A DNA stretch of 62,503 nt, filler included, from Choristocarpus tenellus KU-1152 (lineage: Eukaryota; Protista; Phaeophyceae), in NCBI GenBank assembly GCA_964200185.2. It is 10 parts of 10 records of this genome, joined end to end, with 100 filler letters (N's around TTAATTAATTAA, not from the genome) between each part and the next. Parts side by side here need not be neighbours in the genome. Positions count along the whole stretch, not along the records: positions 11,469 to 14,606 come from CAXNAD020022049.1; positions 14,707 to 20,705 come from CAXNAD020009206.1; positions 20,806 to 25,313 come from CAXNAD020014233.1; positions 25,414 to 33,853 come from CAXNAD020004708.1; 6 more parts are not named here. One strand, written 5' to 3'. The notes under the pieces were generated by a model that saw only the letters and a list, made by a program, of their open reading frames with translations, was not told the DNA's origin and made no database searches. Below are positions 12,086-25,718 of this stretch, piece by piece (the stretch's first letter is position 1; each line of letters opens with the position of its first letter). Position numbers and translations under genes: made by a program.

Positions 12086-14606
12086 GATCCTACTCTGTGT
12101 GTGTGTTGGCGAGATGTCTGGCATCACACCACTCCATTTCGTGATCTTCAGGGGGAAAGTAGATGAGGTCAGGAGAGATAAAGGGTCAGCGTTAGTTGAG
12201 ATCTGCATTCAACAGTAACCCCCCTGATTCTTGGCTCATTCCTGACGGAACGAGGTTAATCCCCAGCCACTGTTCCAACTGCTGAAATAGATCTGCAAGC
12301 AAGTAAATCAACATTGTACTGCCTTTTCGCCACTTTTGATCTGTTGTTAACCTGTACGACTCTCTCACTCTCCTAGGCGTTGGCATTGATAGATAGCATC
12401 ACTGACATCGATCTACTCAATGCTGTGGATTCAAATGGTCAAACTCCAATGCACATGGCCTGCTACAGGGTAAGGCAAGATATTATTGGAAACGAGTGAA
12501 TGCTGAGAATACCAGACTACCAGCATTTGCTTTCGTTGTTGCTTTCTTATTCCCTTTGTCCACCAAATCAACCTATAGCCCCCTGAGGAAGGACCCGAGA
12601 TTTCGTCCTGGAATTGTAGTGCTAGAGGAAAAGGGGTCCAATATGGCGTTTGGGTGTACTCTGTGGGAAATGTAGTGGGTTGCGCATGCTCCTTAACCCG
12701 TTCTTTGCTGATAATGCGTAGTATAATTCCTGACAGAGTATAATTTGTACAGGTTGACGTCTTGGCTGAAGATTTTTTGGCCTCTTTGATTAAGGACAAA
12801 CCATTCGAACCAAGCTTGCCGACGAGAATCTAGTCTTGTTTGACCAGGTATCACCGCGACACTTGTGGTGTGTCCTTAATGCTCGTCCAAACCAGCGAAT
12901 GACGAGGGTATCGCAAGTTTATGCTCTTGAGAACATTTTCTCTTTCCCTTCCACGCCCCCATATCTCTGGTTTTGGAGGATCTAGCAAAAGTGGTGGAAA
13001 AGCTTGTTGATCAAGGGGCTAATGCCATGGCAAAGGATTCGACTGGTAACATGCCCTTTCACGCAGCTGCTGGGAGCGGTTCAACTACAACGATGGAGTT
13101 CTTTATCGGCAAGGGTCTAGTGTCGAGTACAAAGAATAACGAGGGTCTGACACCTTTGGTGAGGTTTCGCAGTCTTGCCTATCTTAGAAGACCGTTGGTA
13201 ATGGTTACCATGAGCTGCATCACTTACGGGTGCCGTTGAGTATGTCTCCAAGAGCCCCTTTTCGAAATTACTCCTTTCATATGAAGGGAGAAAGTAGCAT
13301 ATATCTATGTCGTGGGCACAGTTATTTGCTAGACCTTGTACCAATTCCGACTCTGCTGGTTGCACTGTTTGTTATTAACCCAACAGGAAGTTTGTAATCG
13401 GCGTTGCCCCCCCTTCAAGAAGGCGGCAATGATCAAGTTGCTAAAATCAGTTCCGGACGCAGATGGGGATTCAAATATGCAGCGGGCTACAGCTGTGGGC
13501 AACATCCATAGTACTGCTACTTTACATAGTGTGGCGGTGGTGGCAACAGAGGCAGCTGCCAGGGACACATCCACAATTATAGCTCCAGCTGTGGTGAGGC
13601 AGACCAGTAGTACAGGACAACTGAAATCACTAGCACAGCATTTTCCACAAACTACTAGAATATGCAACAGGAGATGTATATAGCGTAGCAGCAAATTCTA
13701 TTGCCATTGTCACAGTGCTAAGGGGTAAAAGCATCAATATGCCACAAACTTATCAATTCCTCTCCAAACGTACCTGTTTGTGTGTGCCATTCTCAGGTCA
13801 CACACACAGCACCTCATCCAACAAGCAGCACCTTTTCTACGGCAGTTGCGGATCATGATGGATGGAGTGACCTGCGTCAGATGCTTGAGACCAGTTTGAG
13901 GTAAGGTGTCTGTGGATAGGACAGGAGTGGGGAATGTGCAATTCGATTTTTTGTTAGCGGGTGCTGCTTGTGTATGTGCTCCTATTGCCTGTAGTACTCA
14001 TTAAAGGTTTGGGGGGGGAGGAAGAGCGGAGGGGCAAAGCCAGGAAGTAGTGGTGTAGGACGCTATGTGTTCTGAGCTTTCCTGCATCCTGCATGCTCAT
14101 GTGTTAAAGAATTCAAACTAGTACTTTTCCTTCCTGCGCTCTGACCCGCCAGATTGTGCCTGCGTTGGATAAGTGATTTTTCTTCGAAAAAGGGAAACAT
14201 ACGTGTTTATTTTTGTAGTTGGCCATTGCTTCAATCACCCCGCTCTGTTGTGTAGGGTTGTCAAAGTGGGGAAGGTCAGCGCAGAGCAAGAAACATGTCA
14301 AAGTACCCACTACCAGTGACCACTTGTCATTTTTCAATATACTGCTGTGATAACTTTGGTTTGAAAAGTGATCATTCTGCTGCAGAGTAGACACGCATAA
14401 GCCCTCACCACACCCAATCGACCGGTTGGCTACACACAAGGGTGGCTGAGGTGCAGCAACGGTCTCTGGAGGCTCTCTCCCGAGCAGTGGAGAGCCAGGC
14501 AAGTTCAATTACTGCCTTAGTTACTGCAGCCACAAGGGAGGGGGGGGAGGGAGGGGTGAATACTGGAGTGCAAAGTGGTCACAGTATGAGAGGGGTAGTT
14601 GTTGGC
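12086..14606 (+). CDS. Ankyrin-repeat protein, partial; exons ~12086-12167, 12377-12469, 12980-13158, 13387-13592, 13797-13900, 14441-contig end
   Basis: SGITPLHF, NAVDSNGQTPMHMAC, AKDSTGNMPFHAAAGSG, KNNEGLTPL ankyrin motifs; GT-AG junctions keep the frame; 5' end uncertain. Confidence 0.8.
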
Positions 14607-14766
14607 NNNNNNNNNNNNNNNNNNNNNNNNNNNNNNNNNNNNNNNNNNNNTTAATTAATTAANNNNNNNNNNNNNNNNNNNNNNNNNNNNNNNNNNNNNN
14701 NNNNNNCCCCCTCCTCCCTCCTCCCACACCTAAAAAAAAAAAAGTCTACCAAATCAAGGCACCCAC

Positions 14767-17035
14767 CGACAATGACAGTGGTGCCCCTTTCACACGAGTC
14801 CTCGATGTACACCTTGACCTTTGCCAGGTCCCAATACTCCCCAGTCGGGTTCGTGGGATTCACTATGCACAGTAGTGTGGCTGATTTATCGTCAGCACTT
14901 GTGGTTTCGAACCCCGCTGCAAGAGCTGAACGTGCATACTCCTTGTACTGGGTATGCTGAGGTCCTGGGCGCCAGAGTCCTGGCTTGGCGCTACGGATAA
15001 CAAGATCAATGAGCTCGCTTGCACCTGATTTATTTTTTTTCAACCCAAAAAAGATACCGATTTTCGTATCAGATGAGAAAATTTCAGCCCCACAGTGTGT
15101 TCAGGTGCACAGTAGGTAGTGGCCGGGATACAGCAGTATAGGTAGAGACAGTGACATTTAAGCAAAAGTGCACTTATGATCGGGTTAGAATGCAAGCTGC
15201 AGCGGTGGAGGTACCAAAGGTGGAGAGTGTAGTTGGAGGGAGTAGTAACAATAATAAAATCAGAATCTTTGATGGTAGGGCTGTTGTTCTCGAAGTCGAT
15301 TGAACAATACTGACTCAGTCGGCCAGGTCTCTGGATGAGAGTAGTGCCCAATACTTTTCCTTTACACTTTTTCAACATCTTTACCTCTCTTGCAAGTGGG
15401 AAGGGCCAACCTTGTATAAATTGATGCACTGGATGTACATGCTACGGGTTATGGTGATACAGTAGATCTATTGAATCACAGGGTTAGATGTTGCTGGAAA
15501 TATGCTCTCGACACAAAATAGACAGATCAAGGGAAATACACCAACATGCCCGATTAATAGTACTGTTTTACCTGCAATGGGTATCATACAGAAGAGTTTC
15601 TCGGGGACATTGTCGACAAATACAACACTTCTAACAGTGCAGGGACTGGAAAAAAGGCCATTGTGTCCTCCCTTCCCATCATATGGGTCAAGATTTGTCT
15701 CGTTATTTGACATGTCGAAATGGACAGGCAAAACGCTTAACGCTGGTTTGGAATAGAAATGTTCCTGCACTGTCACAAATGACTTGAGTGCAGCACTAAG
15801 CTACTTTAAGGGTATAAGGGTACACAACCCAATGGTGGCATTCAATGTGATAATTCAAGCGCAGGAGAATGAGGAGTAAAAATCTTCATGTTTCCACATC
15901 ACCATCGCGTCTACCACATACCTGATACCCTGGATAGAGGGTTAAGAGGGTAGGGGCGACTCACCATTGCCTAGGAGGAGGCGGTGCCTGCCTTGCTCCC
16001 AAGCATTATTGTCTGGCCAGAGGAACATAGCCAGGTCAGATGCTGCGGGCTCAAAGTCTGCAGGAGGATAGTGATGGATTTTGGACACCTAAAGTTGTCG
16101 TTCAGCCCATGTGAGATGGGAAGGGTCCACAAGCCACAAGAGTTGTCGAGATCAGAAATAATGAAACGTAAGGTGTACGTAAGGTGTACCTCAAGCCCGT
16201 TAGAAAACAACGATTATTTCGAAAATCAGGATATATTTCTGCATTGGAAGGACGCCATCACCACAAGAGGATTTTTCGTTGTACCCGAGTTGTAGGACAG
16301 ACCATAACCAAACTCCTACCAATCGAGTGAAACGTCAGGGTGGGTGAGGGTAGCAAGACTTCCATAGATGGCGACGTGCTGGACTAATACCAAGTCAGGG
16401 TTCGACTTGTCTTACCCACTAATGCCATGGTCGTAGCTCAAATCGCTAGATTTTTCTGCTATTGGATGGTATTGATGGCAGGCATCCTTCCTACCCCAGA
16501 ACAGTAGGGAATACGATGCATATCGAATTCAACTCACGGCCTTGTAAGCAGCCTGCGAGGCCGTCACAGGAGTGCCAAGCCCATTGGTAGTGACACTGAA
16601 GTCCTCCTTGAAGTTTGCAAGGTGGGCCCAATCTTGCCCACCATGGAACGTCTGCGTGGAACTGAGTCGGACAGTGCAATTGCGAAGCGTTCAGGAACAT
16701 ACTCACAAGCCAGATTCCTAAAACGACCACGCATTTGTCATATTTCAGATCATTTCTTCTTAGTCTTGTGAAAGACTGTAGAACAAGGGAGTGGGTGGGT
16801 AGTTAATAAGGCTGAACTATGAGCAGGCCATCTATCGTGCAGGATTGCAACACTCTGAAAATTCAAACGCAATACGAAACACTCTATATGTCCATCATCC
16901 ACACCACTTCCGCACCAAGAAAATATCTTCTTGCCTGTCCCAAGCCCCCTGGTTCTCCTTAGTCATCCCAGCAGAGGGTGCGGCTTGGTGTGACTTCCCC
17001 TCCACACCGATTTTGCCATTGGCTAAGCTCGACAT
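14767..17035 (-). CDS. PLP-dependent class I/II aminotransferase (HisC/CobD-like), 3' truncated by the contig end; exons 17035-16916, 16651-16538, 16088-15965, 15024-14767
   Basis: Spliced reading FHGGQDW..DFSVTTNGLGTP / IHHYPPADF..LLLGNG / ASELIDLV..QYKEY..CIVNPTNPTG; exon 1 less certain. Confidence 0.85.
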
Positions 17036-17348
17036 CGTACAGCTCGTGGAAAGCTGGCGTTGAGATTCTTCCTAGGACAATCCTGGTAGTCAAGTTGCAC
17101 AGCTTCCAGTCAAACGTCCTACCTAAATATCACAAATCGACCTGTGTGTGGTGCGGATTAGTTCTCTCAAATGGAATGGTTCCAGAAGTGTGACGACAAA
17201 CCAGATTTGGGAGTGGTTGTTAGAATGTTATGCAACCACCACCTGTTAAGCTCTTGAGAATATTAAACGGCAATGTTTACCGGCTCACTTCTTGAAATTT
17301 TGGGGATGAATTTCTGATTGGTTCATCCTCGCTATCCATATTTGGAGA

Positions 17349-18696
17349 ATGATCAAGGTAGTGGTTGTGTTTCTGTTGGGGTGCCACCAAGCCCTCACCC
17401 TACTCGTGTCGATTACACCAAGGCCTGTTGTTCCTCATGCATTGCTATTTCCTCAACCCTTGCCATGTAGAGGGGGAGGTAATAGGCGACGGAGCATTGG
17501 TTCAACGAGGGATGGTGGGACGTTTTTTGTCTCACTCTCAGACAGTCCATGGCATGATTTTGAAAGCACAAGTTTGGATGGTGGGAATCCTGTGAAGAAG
17601 GATAGAGTGTTCGATTATCTCGTCACATACCCTTGCGAGTTTGAGATTAAGGTCATCGGACTAAACGAGGAAAACTTCGCGGCTGATATCGCGGCCATCG
17701 TTGGACATGTGTGCAAGGTATATTATTACTGATGATTATGTGTGGATCACTGGTGGCGAGTTAATTTAGGGTAGCATTCCTCCAATATATTGAAATAAAT
17801 TGAAATAGGTGGAGTGTACTTGAATAATTCGTTCCTGGTGTCGCAGGTACCGTTGAAAATGTGGAAAGGGTTAAGACCAAGTACGTATCCCTGGCAGCGG
17901 GTTGATTTTGAGATAGCGTGCGTCAAAGTCCTACACTGGAGAAAATGGAAAGATATGGAATGTATCATGGTATTGACGACACCACATCCCTGCCGTTGTC
18001 CAGTTCACCGTATAGTTAATGCTTCACCCCGATATGATTGTTTGTCTTGACTCAGGTTGGCCCCACTGATGTGCGCTTCTCGTTTAGAGACACATCCAGT
18101 GGAAAGTACCGGAGCGTCACGTTGCATGCGCCTGTGACAAGCGCTTCAATGTTGTACGAGTGTTATGAGATGATTAACAAGGTGCAAATGAAGACCTCAA
18201 GTCGGCAACGATCATGTTCAAAGTGTGCTGTGTACGAATGAAAAAAAATTGAAATGCATCGATCTGTCCATATATATATTGCCTTTTGAGTTGGAGTAGA
18301 AAATTTTGATTGATAGACCGGTATAGATCTGCCGTGCTGCACAATTTAGACTCGATTCCTCAACAGTCAAAATATTGCGAGGTCTTCACATGACAAGGAT
18401 ACTGGGTCTAAGTGTGTACTCAACTCTAGAATCAGGCTATAGGCGTCAAGAGTTGCAAAGAGGTGTTTTTTCCGCATTGCCTGGGAGGAAGGTGGTCCGC
18501 AGTAGTGTGCCGTAAGGATAGACAGGTCGTTAACCTTGTCTTTGCACATTAATCTAACCAATACAAATGATTAGGTGGGATGAGATTCAACTCCACCTTA
18601 CCTCTCATCAAGCAGGCAGCATGTTGAACCCACCTTTTAACAGTACTTCAAAATCTTCCACTTTTCCAGGACCCCCGGGTTAAGTTCAAGTTCTAA
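17349..18696 (+). CDS. DUF493/YbeD-like (ACT-fold) protein, probably plastid-targeted; exons 17349-17717, 18056-18181, 18670-18696
   Basis: YPCEFEIKVIG, SGKYRSVTL.APV.S..LYECY, DPRVKFKF-stop; N-terminal hydrophobic signal plus Ser/Arg-rich transit-like segment. Confidence 0.88.
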
Positions 18697-19618
18697 TTGA
18701 GGCAAGTAGCAGAGGAGTGGGGGGCATCACTGAGCTTCTGCCTTGACTTCACCTCTGGTTATTGATGGAGGAGCATTGCCCAATCTAGGCCACGAGGTCA
18801 CCTGTTGCTTCCCGGCGTAGTCATCCTTTAGGGGTGAAAAGGCTGGAAGGTGGGCTGTGGACGCCATTCCATTAGTTTCGCACGTGCAAGAATGGTAGTT
18901 TTGGCTAAGAGCAAAACTGGTCCAGTAGCAGTCGACTGACTACGATTTACTATGGCATTGACAAAGAGCGGAAGGTGTCGGGTCTGAGAAGGAGTAGTAT
19001 AATGTACCGTAGGAGCATTTGATATTAACGTTTAGATTTAGTGCACAGTGTGCTTATATCTAGTTGGGTGCAGGTTTACCTTCGATAAGGAAAAGAATGG
19101 AGCATGGTATGAGAGTAGGGGCAATGAAATGCTTCAATCCGACATGTTCCTGCAAGTTGTTTCTGAGCGAAATAGAGCTTGAGCAGAGCAATCTGTCAAC
19201 AATCACGTCCTATTATGAACAAGACCACTCCCCCCTTCCTGACTTTCACATTGCAGCAAGCAGAATAGCTACGTTCCAATTCCTGTGTCCGTAGGGAAGA
19301 GAGATTTTCGCCACTGGTGGAACAAAATTGACTTGCTGATTTATGTAATACTGGCCCTTTGCCCTCCCCATGGTTTTGCGCGCCCTTGCATGGTCAAGGA
19401 GCGATTTACTTGCGTCCCTGGTGTAAATAATATGTTAGTTAAAGTGGTTTTGAGGTAATATCATTCTATCCAAACAGTAGAACATCTCATGACTGCTCCT
19501 CCAACCAACAGTTTCTATTTTCAAGTCGATTTTACTAATCAGGGTTTGGTGGCATAAGGTAGGTGAGATGTGGTGTGCGTGTTCTCCTTCACCTCCCCTT
19601 ATCTCCCTGTCTGCAAGC

Positions 19619-19841
19619 TCAAGTCCTGACTCCTCTGTATTGTTCACCTTGATTATATATGTACACATGAGAACGTTTTTTTTCATAATTGGGAACATGT
19701 GCACGAAACCCAGTTGCTGCTTCACAGGGCAATACCACAGCAAGCTTGATCTGCATGATGAACACAGTCACTCCCAGGGCGACCAACAGACTCACGTACA
19801 ATTCCTCTTGTGTGATCGAGATCTCCAATACCGGATCAAGG
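19619..19841 (-). CDS. Possible terminal exon of an unknown membrane protein
   Basis: Acceptor-like CTCTCAG followed by an open frame with a hydrophobic stretch (LYVSLLVALGVTVFIMQI); no family recognised. Confidence 0.2.
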
Positions 19842-22800
19842 CTGAGAGTGTGTGATAATACATCAAAGAATGGTCAGAGGGGGTGGAAACCACTCCGACC
19901 ATCTCCTCTTGGCACACAACTAAATTTTTAGAGAGTCAAGTCCTCTCAAGTACATATTTTAGAGTCTGTTACTATGTGATACTTCAAAACCTCTAGATAG
20001 TTGCCTATGTAACAATGCTCTGTACATCCTCTTCACCATCAGTACAGGATGGGTAGAGTGGGGTAGGGAGTGACCTCTTGTTTCTACAAGTTCAACATGG
20101 TTTAGGCTCAGCAGTGTGCATGTAGTCCATGCCTTGGTGATAGATATTTTTTGTTGTGAGGCAGCACCATTATGAGCTAAGGGCAAGCACTACAACACCC
20201 TCTCAAATGCTGCAGACACTATCTGGTGTTTATAGTAAGGACTAATCTTAATGCAGACTAATCTTAACACAGACCATGCTGTACCCTTTGAATCATATTT
20301 TGGAGCATCTAATAGGTTCTTCCACTTTGCTATTTCTGGGATATACAGACCATTTTGATTGGTCTGCCGTCAAGATTGGTCCTAATAGAACGTATCCATA
20401 GCTACTATTTCCATATTGCAGAAAATTTACTCATGGCAGGCTTGAATTGTTGGCAACACTCAAGCTCAGTAAGCTCAGTATTACCTCAGACGTAAGGCTA
20501 CCTAACAGAAGTAGAACCCTCAAAATCCATTTTGGCATAGAAGATTATGTGCGCACACAAGCAAATTATATACCATGCACTTGAAGTCCAAGTGAGTACA
20601 ACGACTCACTGTGGCTAACACCGAGAAAGGACCAATGGCAATCTGGGTCAAAGTATCTGGGGGGGGGGCGGGGGCAGCACACAAATTACAACAAAAGGAA
20701 GAGGGNNNNNNNNNNNNNNNNNNNNNNNNNNNNNNNNNNNNNNNNNNNNTTAATTAATTAANNNNNNNNNNNNNNNNNNNNNNNNNNNNNNNNNNNNNNN
20801 NNNNNTCAAACCCATCCTCCATGAAATGATCCATCCGCCATTATCATGATCCGCTGTTATGAGCATTGTCATCGACTGTAGTGCATACTATACTTGTTAC
20901 AACCCTACTAAATGAACCCGTAACTAACTACTCTCTGTTTCTTGTTCGTTCCATCTCCCGAAATTCTACAAAATTTCAACAGTTGACTTGACCAGCAACC
21001 AATTTGTACGTCGTGCATATAGTATAGTGCCAGTTACTTGATAGAAGAATACTCCAAAACCATTTCACCTACGAAATCTATGCGCCAGATACAATAGTTC
21101 GCACGATCAGAACTAATATTTTGCAGCCATTTGGGAAACAATGACACAAGTGACCTTCCAGTATCTGCCACGTAAGTAGATAAGCGAAAGGCATACATTT
21201 CCTTGTCCCTGAGAGGATGAGGGGACTAAAAACAAAAACGGCACCAATTATGAACCATTTAAACCATAAATAATCCAAAACCATTTTCACCAGTCGAAAT
21301 TGCACGAGCAAGACACCAGTAGGTGACGAGGGCAGCAACCTTTTTGTAGTCGTGCACACAACGAAAAGGAAGGGTCAAGAACCATCTCCACTTGACCAGT
21401 GCAATTTGAACAAAAGTAACATGACTGACAAATAACATGCACACCCTGGACCATTGAAACTGCATTATCAAGCCAGACTTCATAACTTGAAAAGAAAAGT
21501 GCATCCATCCTCCCACTGCGCAAAAAGCCCCTTCATGAATACTCAAAAAGAAAGTATCAGGTTATGAAAGCTTTTATGGTTGTGCATGCATACACCTGGC
21601 ACAACAAGGCACAACAAGCTAGCTACCTTCACTGCAAAAACGACCGGAACAAGAACCATAATGAACTTGACCTACTACAAAGCGACCCTTATTGGTGATG
21701 TATTAGTGCTGTCTTCGGGTACTACAAGTCTCAACCCAGATAGAAGTAGACCAAGATAGGTCTTCCGTCAACAGTAAACTGCAAGGAGTGAAAAGAGAAT
21801 GTTCCAAAGAGAAAAAGTCAACTTATTGGAGGCAACATGGCTATGCAGTAGTGTAAGCAACACAACACAAACCGGAGAGCGCTCATATCATAGTATGTAT
21901 ACGTATATTTGGTGATTCCAATAGAGAGTGGCGGTCATGAGATGGATGGGTATTTTTTGCGCTCTATCATTCATCGTACGATTGTCCACTATATAAACTC
22001 AGGTGTAGAATGATAACGGTCAGTTACAGTATCTACGAGAAAGATTTAATACCTTGATAGATGTGTTTGATCTGCAGCCGTAAGGTAATGATTGTTTCGC
22101 TGCGAGCGGAAAAATACTGTACATACGATGTTACTGTACTCTTTTTCCAGTCTTGCTTTTGTTTTGCCCATGGTGTGAAATACAGCTACTGCCAAATCGC
22201 ACCAGTCAATTCAGTAGAAACCTTGCAACAGCACCAAGCCAAGGCAAAGGACACCCCAAAGGAAGTATGGTGCTGCATACAGGACAATATTAATATGTCC
22301 TCTATATTGTACGACCAAGGAGGATCACTTCATGCGAAGCAGCTTCAAAGGGCATTGTTGTCTTCCCTTTATTGTTACCAATACTGGCCCTTGAACCAAG
22401 ACAACTCACTATTTTCTTATCAATTCTACAAGTGACCCGTAAACATGCACTATGTCTTAAACCACCTTGACGTTATTCCACACACACACATACCACTTCT
22501 ACCGCTGCACCACTTCTATAAGACAAGAGGTAATCCCTTTATGGGCAGCACTGTAGTGCGTATCATTCCATGTCTCACCCTATACGCTATACAACCCACC
22601 GTAAGCCAACAAGCATAAACAGAGGATGAGCAAATTTTAAAGTAACCTCACCTTCCAAGAATATCCACTAAAGACTTGGGAAGATTCTCCAAGAAATGGG
22701 TGCATAAATATATTTCCTTTGATTGATGTTCTACATTTCGAAACAAGCTACAGTAGTATATCCAACTGCGTGTGACTGTGTGTTACCAGCCATCAGCCAA

Positions 22801-23457
22801 AAGGGTGACTTGTTCACTAACAAAATAAACTAAAACACTTCTGACTGCATAATGTGCAAGCCACCATTCAAGATATAAAACCTAAAAGAGGACCAAATGG
22901 TAAACCCCAGATGGATCCTCAATCAAGCTGCGGCCAAGGGACTCATTGCTTTGTCTGCACTCTCTCTTCGATTTACCCACAGCAAATGCCATCCAAATTG
23001 CCCAACCCTGGAAAAAATGGACACAAGTGCATGGAAGGTGGGGAGGAGAGCTCGCATGTGAGGTGGGAGGATTGATGTTTCACCAGTATCAGCTGTATCC
23101 TTCGATGACCCAGGAGCGTGGAACCAGACACTCTCAACATCTTCTCGTGTAGTTGAGGCATCTCCACTTCAAGAATGTAAAACTATTAATACATGTATGT
23201 ATATAATTCAAAACAGAATAACAATACTACACAGTAGATCATAATGAATAGTGTTAAAGGATACACAAGGAGATCCTCAGCCGCTTCTTACCTTTGTGTA
23301 AAGTTTGTTATTTTTGGACTGGTGCATGAATAACAAAATACTACACACTATCAATGATGACCCCCCCCACCCCCCCCCAAGAACAAAACAAAACAGATAA
23401 TTCATCGCTGGAGTGACTTCAATATGTGCCACAATCCCTACAGTACAGTTTCCACAC

Positions 23458-23577
23458 CTGACTATCTGCAGAAGAAGCAGCCCAAGCCATGCTCCATGCA
23501 GTCCCCTCACAGTGCCTGTCCAAGTCTGCACCCATCGCATGAACCCTAACATTAACACGGTGTTAATAGCGTAGCAT
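23458..23577 (-). CDS. Exon resembling the C-terminal helices of a MATE/DinF-type transporter; rest of the gene not resolved
   Basis: AG/GT-bounded exon CYAINTVLMLGFMRW..GLHGAWLGLLLLQIVR resembles the MATE GL.G.W.G...Q..R motif. Confidence 0.4.
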
Positions 23578-25435
23578 CTGCCGTCCACGACGAAGAGACC
23601 AGCCAAACAACAAAGTATCAAGTCGCATTCATGAAAAGGTGGCTCTTAAAAAGCAACCTCGATAAAATATAATTTGTCTTGAATTTCATTGTGAAGGCAT
23701 GGCAACAAGGATTGTCACTGGTACTGTGGATGAGGGAATTGTGGATGGAAAGGGTTTGGGGAGTTAGGTAGGAAGGCGTTCCTCAGTATGGACTAGAGAA
23801 AACAATTCTGTGATCTGCATAACTACATAGGGAGGCAAAATAAGGCCGTGTGGGGAGAGCAAGCACAAGAACTAGCGATGAGGTGTTGACGTCCCATTGC
23901 TGCTGCTGCCACGCTGCTACTGCCTGAAGTCTTGCATGGTAGACATGTTAACAATTACTTGCAGTTTGTAGAAGGCAGGCAGGCGATTGTTTCCGTAGGA
24001 GCGACAAAATATTTCCCACTTTCTAAACAGTTGATCAGTTGAACCATGACCTTGAGGGTGGAATATGGATGGGTTAGGAGTCAGAATCCATCTGATGAGT
24101 AACAGAGAGGACACAAGAGAGAGGGGGGATGCTCAAATAGTTGAAAAGAAGTCTCCGTACTGAGATAATCATCAACAAACAGTTTAATGGAGTAGTGTCA
24201 AACACAAACCACTTCTGCTAGATAATTCCAAAGTATTGAGAAAATAAGAGACAAGCACTTGAGTGCGTGGTGGAACCAGCACACCCCTTAGCACCACATG
24301 AGGGAAGCATACATAGCCCATAATAGCACAAGCTACATAATACAACATTTGACACACCCCCCCCACCCCCTGGAGATTGCCACGGACCAAACATTGAAAG
24401 GTCAGTAGGACAGTGTAAGGTATACCACTGACAGTGTACTAAATTGAATCCATCATACTGCCAAAGGCTTCTTTTATAAATGATAACCAAAACTATCATA
24501 ATACTGATTGTTAGGACATTCTGAGTGTCATTCGCCTATGTACACGACTTCGAATGTTCCTGTTTGAGTTGTATCACTTGCAATGAAACGCACATACACA
24601 TGTCTACCATGTCAGCCCAAGATTTTGCCAGGGCCTCTCACCACCCAGGGGTCCTATTTTCTCACTACTAAGCCACTTGCAAGTCAGTTTGCAAGCATGA
24701 TGCAAACCTGTGGCCATGTGCCATGATTCAGATGATTAATCATGGCTTACCAATTGTAATCAGCAAGAGCTAGACCAATTGCAATCGAAGTTGTAGTCAC
24801 TTTTGCATTAAAAAAATAAAACAAGGAGTAGAAAATGGGAAGCCCACACAGAAGAGGGTTCGTCATCTCCAAACAGACACTGGACGAGACACTGGCATTG
24901 AGCCAAGCACCAATGCACAGAGTACGGACAGCTATGAAGTGAGAGGGCAATGGACATTGGAGTTGAAGGAACACATAGTTTGATTGCACAAAGATGTTGC
25001 ATTGACAAGTTTGCAGGTGCGGTACTTGGTGTTTGCCATTGTACTGTGGAGTACCATCTAACACTTAGAAGTGATACTAGTATGTGAGAGGGGCGACAAG
25101 GGCCTGGCAGTTACACAATTGCAGGTTACAGGGCTTGTGTTTGCGTGGTGTGTTTACATGCGCCATTCTTTGTCTTCACCTACTGGCATGTGTCATTCAG
25201 AAATGCAGAGGGGAAAAAGAAAGAAATGGAAAGGGTGTTCAGTTCCATCACTGTGTCAGCCTTGGTGATTACAGACCAAAGTACTCAACGCCAATTGCGA
25301 TTTGGGGTGACGGNNNNNNNNNNNNNNNNNNNNNNNNNNNNNNNNNNNNNNNNNNNNTTAATTAATTAANNNNNNNNNNNNNNNNNNNNNNNNNNNNNNN
25401 NNNNNNNNNNNNNTGGACTCGGTGTATTTGAAGGC

Positions 25436-25718
25436 ATCTTGCAGAGGTTTCACGTGGCACAGGCATGGCCTCTATTTTCTTCCCCTACCAGCAACATACT
25501 GTACTGCTGTGTGGTCATGACTCGGGAAGAAAGGCACTTTTCGCGAGAATTTTTTTTCGTGCGCGCCAAACTCGCGTGAATATATCCCGATTCTGTACCA
25601 AGTCGCCCGAATACGAGAATTCCGGTACAAAAGCCTATTTTTTGGTGTATGTCGAAAAAAGCGGTACAAAAATGGGTGTGGTATATAATATTTGGTATAA
25701 AATCGGAGTAGGTACTGT
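25436..25718 (-). mobile_element. Second copy of the TA|CAGTACCTAC transposon end
   Basis: Reverse complement of 2762-3041; ends GTAGGTACTG|TA. Confidence 0.6.

Noticed and set aside
20806-25313. Full gene model for the putative MATE transporter
   Set aside because: Candidate exons (e.g. ~24752-24800, ~23957-24049, ~22652-22729) could not be joined in frame by eye.
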